From assembly GCA_010015805.1 (NCBI GenBank), contig ML978122.1, positions 1,770,453 to 1,834,452 on the forward strand: a stretch of DNA of 64,000 nucleotides, in the 5' to 3' direction. Below are positions 51,092-62,642 of this stretch, piece after piece. The notes under the pieces were generated by a model. That model was not told the origin of the DNA. It searched no databases and saw only the letters and a program-made list of their open reading frames with translations. The position numbers and the translations under genes are program-made. Origin of the DNA: Rhizodiscina lignyota (taxonomy: Eukaryota). Position 1 is the first letter of the stretch. Each line of letters starts with the position of its first letter.

Positions 51092-51520
51092 GCTCACTCC
51101 AGTGACGCAAGGAACTTCCATTTACTTCATTTCAACATACTTCGTTCGCAACACATGGTATTGCACATGTTAAGCAGAAAATAGAATTTAGGTGAAGTGC
51201 TATTTTCAATGAAAGAATACGATTGATCAATGGTCCGTCAACTCGAAAGAACTGAACCACAGGCACCGTTCGCCGATATTATCGCTCACAGTTTACTCTG
51301 CTACGCATCGTAAACAACATTTTAAAACAATACTGAAACATCTCAGTCTGCCGACGCCGATACTTACTCCGCAGGTCAAGTACGAAGGTAAAGTGGCGCA
51401 GCCACTAGATCTTATTTAGTATAGTCTCATCCTCCCACGGAACCTTGGAGCAAAAAGTTGGCGGCAGCTTTCTGAGCTCATGAACAATAGAATATTGAAT
51501 GTAAGATACAACAGTCACTA

Positions 51521-51661
51521 GATTCGTCTTCGACTTTCAGCATCATCTTTGGAGTCCTGGGAACCGCGGTGGCCATCCCTTCTATGCTTCTCGCAGTGAT
51601 CAAGCTGAGGAACTATTGGCTTTCTCGACCCGCTACCGTGAAAAATGCGCTCTTTCGCTGA
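51521..51661 (+). pseudogene. Fragment of small single-pass membrane protein family (paralog of 55413 and 56681 genes)
   Basis: Reads DSSSTFSIIFGVLGTAVAIPSMLLAVIKLRNYWLSR…stop; no in-frame ATG found just upstream. Confidence 0.55.
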
Positions 51662-51940
51662 AGCTAGACGGGACCCTGGCTTAGCGCTCATGAATTTAAA
51701 ACTACAGATCTGTGGTTGCGAGTGAGTGCACAGTTTACTTTAGAATCTTAGCGGTAGCTTTTACCCCCTAATAGCTCGAGCGAAAGAACGATAGCGCGTT
51801 TGCGCATCTTGGAAAGAAATCATTTACCCCTCTTTGCAATTGTAAAGTCCTGTGTCGCTGTCTCCGTGTTCTTGTTGATCTGATTCCGCATGCTCACTCC
51901 ATTGGCGTCGGGATAACTTCCATCATACATAAAACAGTCG

Positions 51941-54079
51941 TCAGTCGTTATCCCAGCAGTCGTCTTCGATCGAGCGGGCAGTAGGATACTTTTCTTTCCA
52001 CACGCGGCGGAACTCTTCCATCACGTTAGCCGTCGCCGCGCCGTTCTGCATTTCGGCCATCTCAGCGTGCCAGTGGAATCTGCTACGCAGGAAGAAGTCG
52101 ATGTCGTCAAGGTGTTCCTGAATGTAATCGTCAAACGGGATGAACTTGAGCGTCGCAAGGAGGCCGTGGCAAGATACAAAGTGCGCATCAAAGCATGGCC
52201 CCGTGTATTTGGTCAAGACGTCTTGCACATCGTCGTTGCAGAGGAAGTCGCGGACGGTTCGGTGTAGGAAATCGACTGTGATGTGGAGGGACTCCACGGG
52301 ACTGGGTTCGCTGCTGGGGAATGGGGCGAATACCTCTAGCAGGCCCTTGGCTCTAGCATGAAGACGAGTTCGCATACGCGCGATCCTGGTCCAGACTTTG
52401 TCTCATCTCTGTGGATGTAGACCGGCTCAACCGAGCGGAGCATGAGGTGAAAATAACCCTCTAGAGTTTTCGAGAGTGCGTCTAGTCGTTTCCGCAGTAC
52501 TGTGATTGTATCTTCGTTCGAAAGCCCCTCTAGGAGTGATCTTACAACTAGATACACCCAGAGGAAGACGCCTTTGGCATCCTGTACGATCTTGGAAATC
52601 AGCTCTTCGTAGCCTTTCTCTTCGCTCTGTTTGTGAACAAACGACACGTCGGCTCCTATCGTGCTGCGTACGTAAAGCGCGATGTCTTCTCGAGTTAGGT
52701 CCTGGAGATATAACCTGCGGTTCTTGTTCCGATCAAACTCTCGTTCAAAGATAGGCCACGGTCGACTTGAGACGCAGAATTTAATACAGGCTATAGAGGA
52801 AAGGCTCTTCAAGACATCGAGGAGGTCGCGATGATTCCCATCATACTCATCCAGCCCGTCAATGAAGAAGCCAAACCTCATTGTCGACGCTTGTCCAAGA
52901 CCGTCGGCTAGTCTTTCCAGCCCAGCAAACAGCTCATCTCGAGTCCACTGATCGTCAATGGCAGCTCCACATCGGTCAGGAAATAGCTTTTCGGCGGCCT
53001 CTGGGTACGCCTCCAGTACTTCCACAAGCAGGGTCCTCATCAGGCCTTCCTGTGACTTTTGCATGGCCATGCCTGCATTCCAGAAGAAGAACTTCGCGAC
53101 AACCGGCTGGTATGGGGCAGCCCACTCCTTCAAATTTGCACGTGTTGCCGGATGGTCGCATACGAATTTCATCAGAGTAGACTTGCCAGATCCTGCTTTA
53201 CCACCGATCCAGAAGATGCCGTCATCAGGCTCGCGTGACCGTAGCCACTTTGTGAATAGGCTTTCGGACGAAACAATCCATTCGAAGGTTTTCGCATGAG
53301 CTTTCGCGATATTCGATTGCCGCACTGGGAGCTCTCGGAATCTGAGGTTGGCAAGAAATTTTGACTGCAGCCACAAAGTCGTCATGTCGGTGGCTATACT
53401 CGAAATCTTTGGTTCCAGTTTGACCAGGCTCGACTTGGTGATTCCGGTTGAACTAATTTCCATAACAGATTCGAGCTTCTCCTGCAGCCTGTCAATCTTG
53501 CCATCCTGTGCGAGATTCCTGCTCTCATTCTTGCTGGCGAGGTCGCGTAGCTCTTTCAAAATGCTCACAATGCTTGAATTCTGTTCTCTGGATCAATGTT
53601 AGCGCCGCTGAGCAGTAACGTCTCGCCACGACCTACCTCGTGCTAGCCACAAGATTCAAGCCTAACTGACTGCGATACTCATTGAGCCGCCTTCTGCATT
53701 CCTGGATCTTCGCTTGCTTAAAGGTGGCTCGCACGGCCTTCTGAAAGCTCCTTAAGATCCTTAGTTGCGGCTGCGCCTGGATCTCCTGTAGCTCCGTGAG
53801 GAGAAGATTCGCGTCTTCCTCGCATCGCTGGGCAATCGTCGCAATGCTTTGGTCATTGGCGGTAAATTTGGATCCCAGTACTTTGGATGAGCCATCTCTC
53901 AGAGTTTTACTGAGTGTTGCGAGATCCGCGGTCATGCGCTTGAGGTTCTCATGCTTGACGAGGCTGCCTTCGCGCGACTTGTAGATCTCGTGAGTGCCAG
54001 CGGCTACCTTCGAGGTGAAGTCGATGAATTGGACGATAGTGCCTGCGAGCGCAAACGCTGATAGAGGGTCAAGCACCAT
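51941..54079 (-). pseudogene. NACHT-domain NLR-like gene with SesA/HeLo-like N-terminus; frameshifted near 52340-52400
   Basis: MVLDPLSAFALAGTIVQFIDF N-terminal domain; Walker A GKAGSGKS; Walker B FFIDGLDE; GVFLWVYLV; downstream GLLEV…VDFLHRTVRDFL lies in another frame with no plausible intron. Confidence 0.8.
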
Positions 54080-55049
54080 TTTGGAATTAATACCTGTTTC
54101 TTGAGGGCGGCTCCATAGACGCCAGCGCCGAGGCTGGTAGCACACCTCAAGATATAGTTCAACAGCAAGCGAGTAGCTATTCAGAGATGAGTTATACTAG
54201 TCAAAAGGAAACTAAACTGGGAGGAATAGACAAAAATTCTCATCAGTCAGAAAGAAGAGGGCTTGAGATTCGGCCATGCTGTTGTAATTGCGATTGTGAT
54301 CGTGGGGCGCAAAAGCTGCGCCACAACACGGCTAGCCGTCTTCATTTTTCAGCCTTGACCTTTTAAAAACCTTGCTCCCCTCAATCCTGCAAGATTGAAC
54401 CATTGACTGGTTAAGGATAAGCCTGCAGATGCTACTAGTTGTGGTTGAGGATTCAGGACGCGAAGATCCGTCACCGACTTCAGTCTTTTACGACGGCTTG
54501 GTCTTACAGGTATTATAACTCCTTCCTCCCCTCTGCGGACTTATGGTGTGTTCTTGAGCTGAAGTGATGCCCCCATCTTCTAGGCTCAAGACAATTCCAT
54601 CACCCGGAACGGTCACGCAATTGCCATTTATGAACTTGAGGATACTTCTCTTGTACGTTGGGTTTTGGTTCACAATTCGTGTTCGAAGTATGCTGATGAG
54701 TACCTTGTATAATAGAGACTGAGGTAGCCTTGATATGCCTTGTTCTCTTGAAAGGTAGATAAAGTGATCGTACCAGATGATTTTAAAGGTTATATAAAAT
54801 ATGTGCATTGGACTTATTATGATGAGGCTGCAGTGGAAAATATCACATTACTTTTCAGAGTATAAGTCTAGAACCATCCGTGCTTTTTGATTCACATATA
54901 ATCAAACCTAAAGAATATTCCTATGAACGAGTTACTCCGCAAGCATAATAATATTAGTTCTTGCACATTCAACAGTATTCGCGTTTGAATGAAGTGACCC
55001 TACAGCAGTGATCCTGTAGCATTAGTTAGTTCGTGGGCGATGGTTCTTG

Positions 55050-55127
55050 TCAGAGGATTTTGAGTGCCAAGCCCTTTCAAAGCCCTTTCAAACGTTTTGA
55101 AAGGGCTTGGCACTCAAAATCCTCTGA
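55050..55127. repeat. 78-bp palindrome with perfect 32-bp arms
   Basis: TCAGAGGATTTTGAGTGCCAAGCCCTTTCAAA / TTTGAAAGGGCTTGGCACTCAAAATCCTCTGA; the 14-bp spacer contains a duplicate GCCCTTTCAAA. Confidence 0.95.
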
Positions 55128-55412
55128 GGTTTCACTAACCAGGGCATCGGGACGCCTTGGCGCAGCCTACAATACCCAGTAGAATCAAGCCCCGGCCGTC
55201 AGCTCCCGTTTTTGGGCTGTCCCTAGCTGTCTTAACTTCGATTCTGCCGAGCGGTTCGCCCATTTTCACAGAATCATGGCTCCAAGATGTGTATTTAATA
55301 TCTGCACACCTGCACTGCTTGATTCAGTCTGTTTGCCCTCGAATCCATCTCATAGATTCTTGCAAATTCTTTTCCAGAAGAGAATATAAAAGGATACCTG
55401 CTGTTTCAGATC

Positions 55413-55839
55413 ATGCCTTTACCATGCTCGTCACAGACCGAGCACTATTCTGGCGGGACTGACTCGCCCGCCGCCACCCCTGTCGCTCGAACAACGCAGT
55501 TGGCTCCACCTCGCCAAGTCAACTCCTCTTCCATTGAAAACATCACGTTCGGCGTTTTAGCGACTGTCCTTGCAATTGCTTCCGTTATCGTAGGAATATT
55601 GCAATGGAGGAGCCGTAGGCTCTCGCCCACCGCCACCCAGCCCAGTGATCCAGACCTAGAGAGTCCTCGGTCTGGAGCGATACCTCTAGAGCCTACGAAT
55701 ATTCCATCGGTACGCCGAGCCTTATTTTGTATGCACTTAGAATTCAAAACTCACCATTCAGTCTCACGAGGACCAAAGCCGCGAGGAATTCCACAGCGGG
55801 GAGGAGACAGCGGACGACCGGGATCACGAAGAATTTTAG
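55413..55839 (+). CDS. Small single-pass membrane protein (2 exons)
   Basis: TATAAAA about 25 bp upstream; TM SIENITFGVLATVLAIASVIVGILQWRSRR; DLES motif; phase-0 intron 55710-55761; acidic tail. Confidence 0.7.
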
Positions 55840-56159
55840 AGTGGTCTAATAAGAGACATAAACCGGATTTCTAGATCTTCGAGACATTCGATCTAGCTGT
55901 TTCGCAACGTACCGACGGTTTGATTAAGAGTACTATTATCTAGTATGCTAGGTAGAGAAATGCCAGCATATATTCTAGAGACTCTAGCAGGCGGTGTCTA
56001 AGTAATTCTAGAGACGAGTGAATCCCGTGTTTGCACATTCGAGCCGGAATTTGAATACTTATCCTAAAAGCGAGGTCGTTTGGCACAGCAGAAAAGGGGT
56101 CCTAATCGCACACGTAGCACGCGCCAGTACGCGCCTCTCAGTCAATCATTTCCCCTGGG

Positions 56160-56480
56160 AACCTGAAGCTTCAGGCGGTCGACACTTATTCTATTGAGGT
56201 ATGCCGATCTCACTTTACTGAATGGCAAACTCCAGGCCTCGCGGCCTTAGGTTCCCCTCATCTTGGCTTAGGCGTTGACCATCTACAAGGCGCAGGGACA
56301 AACACTCGAGCGTGTTAAAGTCAATCTTGGGCGTATATTCGAGAAGGGGCAGGCGTACGTCGCCCTGAATCGTATGCCCTTAATAGCGGGACTGCAGGTG
56401 CTCAACTTCGACCCGAAAAAGGCTGTAGTGTATAATAAGGTGCGGAGCTTCTATACGGGCTTCTCAAGAGCGGAGAATGC
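56160..56480 (+). pseudogene. PIF1: RIP-like mutated C-terminal fragment of a PIF1 DNA helicase
   Basis: [49 protein letters not shown]…[11 protein letters not shown] vs the family consensus QxPLxLAWAxSIHKAQGQTL…[12 protein letters not shown]; stop codons fall at expected Q and W. Confidence 0.88.
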
Positions 56481-56680
56481 GGGTAGGAAGAAGGTTGTCT
56501 CGCGGAATCAGAGACTGGATGGGTTGAGGCTGAAGATTATGAGGGCTTCAGTTACAATCTCCGGTCAACTTTAGAGATCACCATATCATTTGAATTTCTG
56601 GTGCGCTTGCTTTCAACCTGCGATTGCGTGTTGATATATATCGAGCTTTCTTAATTCGATTGAATCAAATAAACTGTCAA

Positions 56681-57138
56681 ATGGCTCATGGGACTTTGGC
56701 TCGCGACGGACCGTTAGGGATTCCCGTGGGCCTACGAGCTCCGCTCCTCAGACACCTCGATTCTTCCTCAGTCGTCAGCATTACATTTGGCATTATAGGA
56801 ACGGTGCTTACTCTTTGTACCATCGTTATTGCCATACTCCAGCTGAGGAACACCAGACTATCCCGAAAGGCAGCGGAGTTTGTTGGTGATATGGAGCTAG
56901 GTTTAATGGAGCACAGCGATTCTCCAGTGGTACACCGATTTGTTACCGCTCATTGTGGGCATGGCTGATTCTGTTGTAGTCGAATCAGAGTGATCCTGAC
57001 GAAGGCCACGCCGATATCCTTTACGAAGAACATACTCCGAGTATGCAAACCGCCGTATCATCCGCCATATCATCGGTATGTGGGCCATGACATCAGGTTT
57101 GTTTAGACTGATCGTTATAGACACGTGAAGAGCGTTGA
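56681..57138 (+). CDS. Small single-pass membrane protein (3 exons)
   Basis: TM SSVVSITFGIIGTVLTLCTIVIAILQLRNTR; DMELG motif; exons 56681-56929, 56980-57075, 57121-57138 joined in frame by GT…AG introns. Confidence 0.7.
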
Positions 57139-57649
57139 GGAAGTTGTCCCAAACAAGGTTCTCGAATACAGTGAGTGACGATGATTAGTGTTGTACAGAT
57201 GGACCTGGATAAAGGATGAAGGCTTTGGGTCGAGGATGACAGCCACAAAACATTGACCTGTTGAAATGCATCGTCAGTTCAGTAATGATAAACTGTAATT
57301 AACGCCATGTCGTCTTAGAAATAATAGCTGAAGTATACTGTATATCGTATTCAGTTTCAGCCATCCTTCTGCACGGGCTGGAGAGCAAAACTGGATTGAG
57401 CTGTGTATCTGATTGCGAAAGTATTCACTTTAAGCAATGATTAATGATGAGGATAACTTTATAGGTTGCTGTCATAGTCAGGACGGATCACAGTGTCTCA
57501 CTTGCAACAAGAAAGTACGAAGAAGGCAGTAACAATCAGAATCGTTGTGATTGAAGAGGTTCTCATTTCCGTGGAACCGTTACAGCATGTGCAGATGAAA
57601 GGACCCGAACCTCGCCAGAACTCGCGGCATCTCCCCGATGCTTGATGAC

Positions 57650-58514
57650 TTAGTATCTCTTACCCTCGCGCAGCACATCGCTGTACTCCTCGAGCGGGCT
57701 CCTGATAAGCTTCGTCTCCGTCCACAGGTTGGGCGTCAAGAAGCCGTACGTGCTCGTGACCGCAACGAAGGTCGCCTTCAGGGTGTTCTCGAGAGTCTTG
57801 GTGGATCCGGAAGAGGCGGTGTAGGAGTCTTGGACACCAGCGAGCTGGAGCAGACGCTTGACGGCGGGAGATGCGACGAGACCAGTACCACGTGGAGCGG
57901 GGATGAGCTATTCAATGTTAGTCTTGGGAATCACCGCTATATGTACAAGCCATCAAACGTACCCTGACAGTGACGGAACCGCACTTTCCACTCTCCTTTG
58001 TGGGCAGCGAATGCGGCTCACCAAGATTCGTGCCCCAATAGCCCCTACGAATCGGCACAACACTCAACTTGGCAATGATGATGGCCGCGCGAATCGCCGT
58101 CGCAACCTCCTTGCTCGTCTTGATACCGAGACCAACATGTCCCTCGCTATCGCCAATGACGACAATGGCCTTGAAGCGCGTGCGCTGACCGGCGCGCGTC
58201 TGCTTCTGCACCGGCTTGATCTTCATCACCTCGTCCTTGAGCTTGGGCAGGAAGAAGTCGACGATCTGGTACTCCTTGATGGGCAGCGAGTGCAGGTAGA
58301 TCTCCTCCATCGACTTGATCTTGCCCGCCTTGACGAGGCGGCCCAGCTTCGTGACCGGCTGCCACTCCTTCTCCTCGGTCTTGCCGCCGCGACGGCCGCG
58401 TCCTCGACCACGGCCTCGTCCTCGATCACCGCCGCGACCGCGGTCGCCAAAGCCTCCGCGTCCAGCAGGAGCACCACCTGCACCACCTGCAGGAGCAGGA
58501 GCAGCATCAGCCAT
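57650..58514 (-). CDS. RPS2: 40S ribosomal protein S2 (uS5)
   Basis: RG-rich N-terminus, [37 protein letters not shown]; one intron at ~57910-57962; strong codon bias. Confidence 0.98.
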
Positions 58515-59644
58515 GTTGGATGTGATAGTTTGTGTTTAGTGAGGGTTGTCGAGGTTTGTGTGCGGAGGACTTGAGGTCTGCGGTTGAAGGATGCTGTTAG
58601 CACTTGCTCATGAGATGTTTCGGCGTGTTAATATCGACCCCAGCGCCGGAGAATTCGAGGGAATTAGGATCATAGAGCAATTACTACTTACATGCTTGGT
58701 GGTGACGTGCCGTCCGCAACTTTCCTGGAAATTTTGATTGAATTGAAGCTTGAAGTGCGCAAAATGTGTAATAGCTCGCTTAATGTGCATCACGTGAATT
58801 TCGACAGGGACCAAAACATCTGACCCCTGTCAAAATGATGGGCCCTGATTAGCGAGAAATTTGAGCCTCAACACCAAATGGAAGAATAGTATCACAGATG
58901 TCAAGTATTTGCACAAGCTCAGGTGATTCCATTGCGTCATGAAAATCTCGCTTTGGCGGAGTCATTATCTTACAGTCCGTATCGTGACATACCTATGTCG
59001 TGTACCAGAAGGTGTAAAAAAAGTGAAACCCATGCAAATCCCTTCGTCAAACCTCGATACCTGTATGTAATGAAACCCGTAACCCTCTGCAGCCAGCACC
59101 TGTCCAGCATTGGAACTTTGCAGATGTTCAACACTCCAAGCACAATGATGCAAGCACAATGAGACCAAGCGAAACCTCATCCAAGATTGAACGGCAGAGT
59201 CGCCTCCCAAGCCTTGATCCGCTCATGGCGTGGCGGTAACGGCTCGGGTGCAGGTCCAGACCGACGTCTTCGACGCAGCCTTCCAAATCCGCGTGGTGGT
59301 GTAATTGCAAAACCATCATCCTCCTGGATTGCAGCGTCGTCATCCTGTACGACGCCTGCACGGCCAAGCTGTTCCTTTTTGGTATTTTCCTTTTCATCGC
59401 TCTCACCCTTCCTGCCCACATGCAATGAATCGTATGTTTCGTTGAGTTTGCGTCGTGTCTCGTCACGATTTGGTGGCGGGAGGTGACGCGAATGCGTATG
59501 ATGTGAATCTGAGCTTGTGCTAAGTATCGAGGGCGGGCTCGGTACGTCTGCGCGGCTGCTAGCAGTACTGAGCTGGCTGGCATCGCTGCCGCGACGACTA
59601 TGCTGACTTTGAGGCGGGGGCGTGGGCTGGACATGCGGAGGTAA

Positions 59645-61398
59645 TTAGTAGCTCTGCGGGAATTGACTTGCGGGCTATTGCAGTGGGCAATTAGTATGTA
59701 CATATATATGTATATAAGATAGCGATAGATGGCATTCATAAATGGCAGTTGAAAGGTGTGGGGATCAGTACGTACCGGACTGTTGAGCATGTTTTGCCGC
59801 CTGTTACGGCCCTTCTTGATGTGGCTTTTCAGCGCACTTGAATCCAGCGGCTTCAGAAGCTCGAAACTGCAGAGCAGCTCTGAAGAAACCGACATCACCG
59901 CTCCCCAGTTATCAAACTCTCCGCAGTACTGGAGAAAATTAGCCGAAGACGTCATGAAAACAAGGATGAAAAAACCCACATTCGGTGCGGAAAATACGGT
60001 GACCAATATTCTGTCGTTGAAGAACTCGTAACCGTCTTCGACCACCATATGCGCTCGACAAACCAAGTCGAAGTCGTGCTTCTGCAAGAATTCCATGATA
60101 ATCTTCTTGCCGAAACAGTAACTGACACCTCTCTCATTCGGCTCCCAGTCGCTCTCTAGCCCCTCTGCTGGATCACTCCAGAGCAAGTCATTGAGCAGAC
60201 CGTAGTCAGGAACATCTGTAGGTCTCTGGACTCCACGAATGTCGTCCATGCTGCTCAGGCTCGGCGACAGACCACCGTGAACGCAGAAGATCTTGCCAGC
60301 AACAATGGCGGCAATCGGCAACGTGTTGAAAGTATCGATGAAAGCCTTCCAGACCTTGATGTTGCACCTTCGTTTGCACTCGTCGTAGAACCCGTAGACT
60401 CTTGTGACGTTTGCGCATTCGTGGTTGCCTCGTAGAAGAAAGAAGTTCTCGGGGAATTTCAGCTTGTAGCATAGCAAAAGTAGAATCGTTTCCAAACTCT
60501 GCTTGCCGCGGTCGACGTAGTCTCCGAGGAAGAGGAAATTCGCATTCGGAGGGAAGCCACACATCTCAAACATCCGAATGAGGTCGGTATACTGCCCATG
60601 GACGTCTCCCACGATCTTGACCGGAGGTGCCAGCTCCAGTAATGCAGGCTGGGTGAGGAACAACTCTCGCGCTGCTTGACAGATTGCAAATATCTCAGCA
60701 TTCTTCAAGCAAACGGTCTTGGTGACCTTTCCAGCGTATGCTGCGTCCAGAAGTCGTGAAATCATATCGTCTAGGTCAATGCTCTTCAACGCAGATATCT
60801 CAACATCTGAATTTGTGCGCTCAGGGTGTGAGGGTGGATCTGATGATCGCGGAACGTTATGGTCTTTCTTGATCAGAATCGGTTCCTTTGGTTGCGCGGT
60901 TGCGAGTGGAGGCGGCAAGCCAGTAGGAGGCGCCTCGGACACATTGTCTACCTCTCCGCTCCTCTGAGCTTCTGCAATATCTTCGTGTCCTTGACCTAGC
61001 GAAGCTGACTGGGTCGGAGAAGGAGGTGGCATAGTGCCTTCGGAGAGGCCATCACCACGAGAAATATCTATCGAATTCGGCCGAGCGGAGGAATTCGAGC
61101 CTCTGTGAGAGCGTTTTCCGTTCGAGATGGCGCTTGTTGAAGACTTGACGGAGGCGGCGTCGGATTTGTCATTGTTGCCGTTGCTTTTTTCTGACACCAA
61201 GGCGGACGTAGAACCTCTCGGGCTGTCAGTCTTGCCAGAGCCTGGGATTCTAGACTTCAGGTTTCTGAGCGACGAGCGTGCCGACTCTTTTGTGTCTGAG
61301 CGTGAGAACGACGGATATGAATCAAGTTCAGGGCCCTCGCCAGTGGGCGTGCGAGTGCCGCTGCTTTTCTTGTCCGATTTGGAGGGCTGGTTACCCAT
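59645..61398 (-). CDS. PPZ1: Ser/Thr protein phosphatase PP-Z
   Basis: Myristoylation-type start MGNQPSK, Ser-rich N-terminal extension, GDVHG, GDYVDRG, LRGNHE, FSAPN|YCGEFD; two introns read through in the 756-aa ORF; true end [13 protein letters not shown] at 59645. Confidence 0.95.
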
Positions 61399-62642
61399 GA
61401 TAACGAACGCAGTGAAGATTTAGCGATCGCAAGTAGTGTTGTGTCGCGAATTCAAAGCCTTGTTGTCCGTTGCTGGTGTGCGCGGGGTCGTGAAGGGGTG
61501 ATCTGGGGTAGGAAGATTCAGATCCTGGCCTCTCCCGTAAACACCTCCGCGATCTACTCCTTCCCTCTCTCCAGCAATGCCAATGCTGTTCGCTTGTTCG
61601 CTTGTCCTGACGTAGTTGATGGTCACACGACACTGTGTTAGGGCGGTCGAAAGAGTCTTGCGAGGAAGGAGCGCACGAGGGCTTCGTCGGAAGATGCCGT
61701 GGTTCGCGAGCGGGAGGAGCTTTGCAGGGCGAAGGATGGTGGAAAGAGTGACTGTGGAGGGATTTGAGGCTCTTGTGAATCCAGATTTCGATGAATCTTC
61801 GGATCTTTATCTGATACTCGGCTTTATCCGGGCTTTGCGGATGTGCCAGGCTCGAAGTTCAGTGGAGGCGACGCGCGGTCCCGTGCCTTCGCTATGACTC
61901 CAACTGGTGATGCCAGCCTGTGTACGTTGTTCGCGATGGTAGGAAGCGGCAGAGGTTATCAGTCTGTCCGCTTTCTTCGGGCCAAGAGGCTTGGGGGATT
62001 ATCGCCGTTGGTCGGATGGGGGGTTGAATACACCGAACAGTGACTTCATTCAGACTGTTTGATGGTGTCGGCGCCCTGAAGGCAGTTGCGCAGTGCCACT
62101 CTTATGATAACTAAGAGTGTAGAAGATGGCAGAAGGGCGAAAGTCGATTGCTGGAGGGGCGAAGCGGTTCAGAAGTGGATTCGAAAGCTTGGGTCTTGGA
62201 TGCAGAGCAGCGCGCTATGCCACTTTGGGGAGTGAACGGACACCGGCACAATAACGCATGCTCGTCTGTCCTTTTCTTTGTCCACCGGAATCAAGAAAGT
62301 CGAGCAACTTACAGCTCTGAACGTCACGAGCACTTTTACTGTCAGCGAGCTGCAGCTGTCGTGCACGAGCAGGCATTCGTTGACCGCCTTGGGCTTTCGG
62401 GAAGTGAACCGCTGCCCAATGCGGCTCCGCCGTCCTCAATTGTTCACTCGTTTATTTCATTTGGCTTTGCTATAACTACATGCTAAGTCTCCTTGCAAGC
62501 CCCCGCTTATTCGGAGCTTAGATTCATCACTTGTGCTGGAGCCGAGAAACAAGGTTCTGATGTATTTTGTCATCTGTTAAGTTATCGTGCTTGCTCATCC
62601 GATCTTGACGTGCATCCCGCGTCAGCAACCAAAGACCCCACG

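Noticed and set aside
56160..56480. Helitron call for the PIF1 fragment
   Set aside because: No Rep domain or recognisable Helitron termini; the sequence resembles cellular Pif1.
57638..58574. Long + strand ORFs (109 and 238 aa) over RPS2
   Set aside because: Antisense shadows of a strongly codon-biased gene.
59128..59644. C-terminal extension of the 756-aa PPZ ORF
   Set aside because: Produced by read-through of two introns; splicing gives the normal PASQFPQSY end at 59645.
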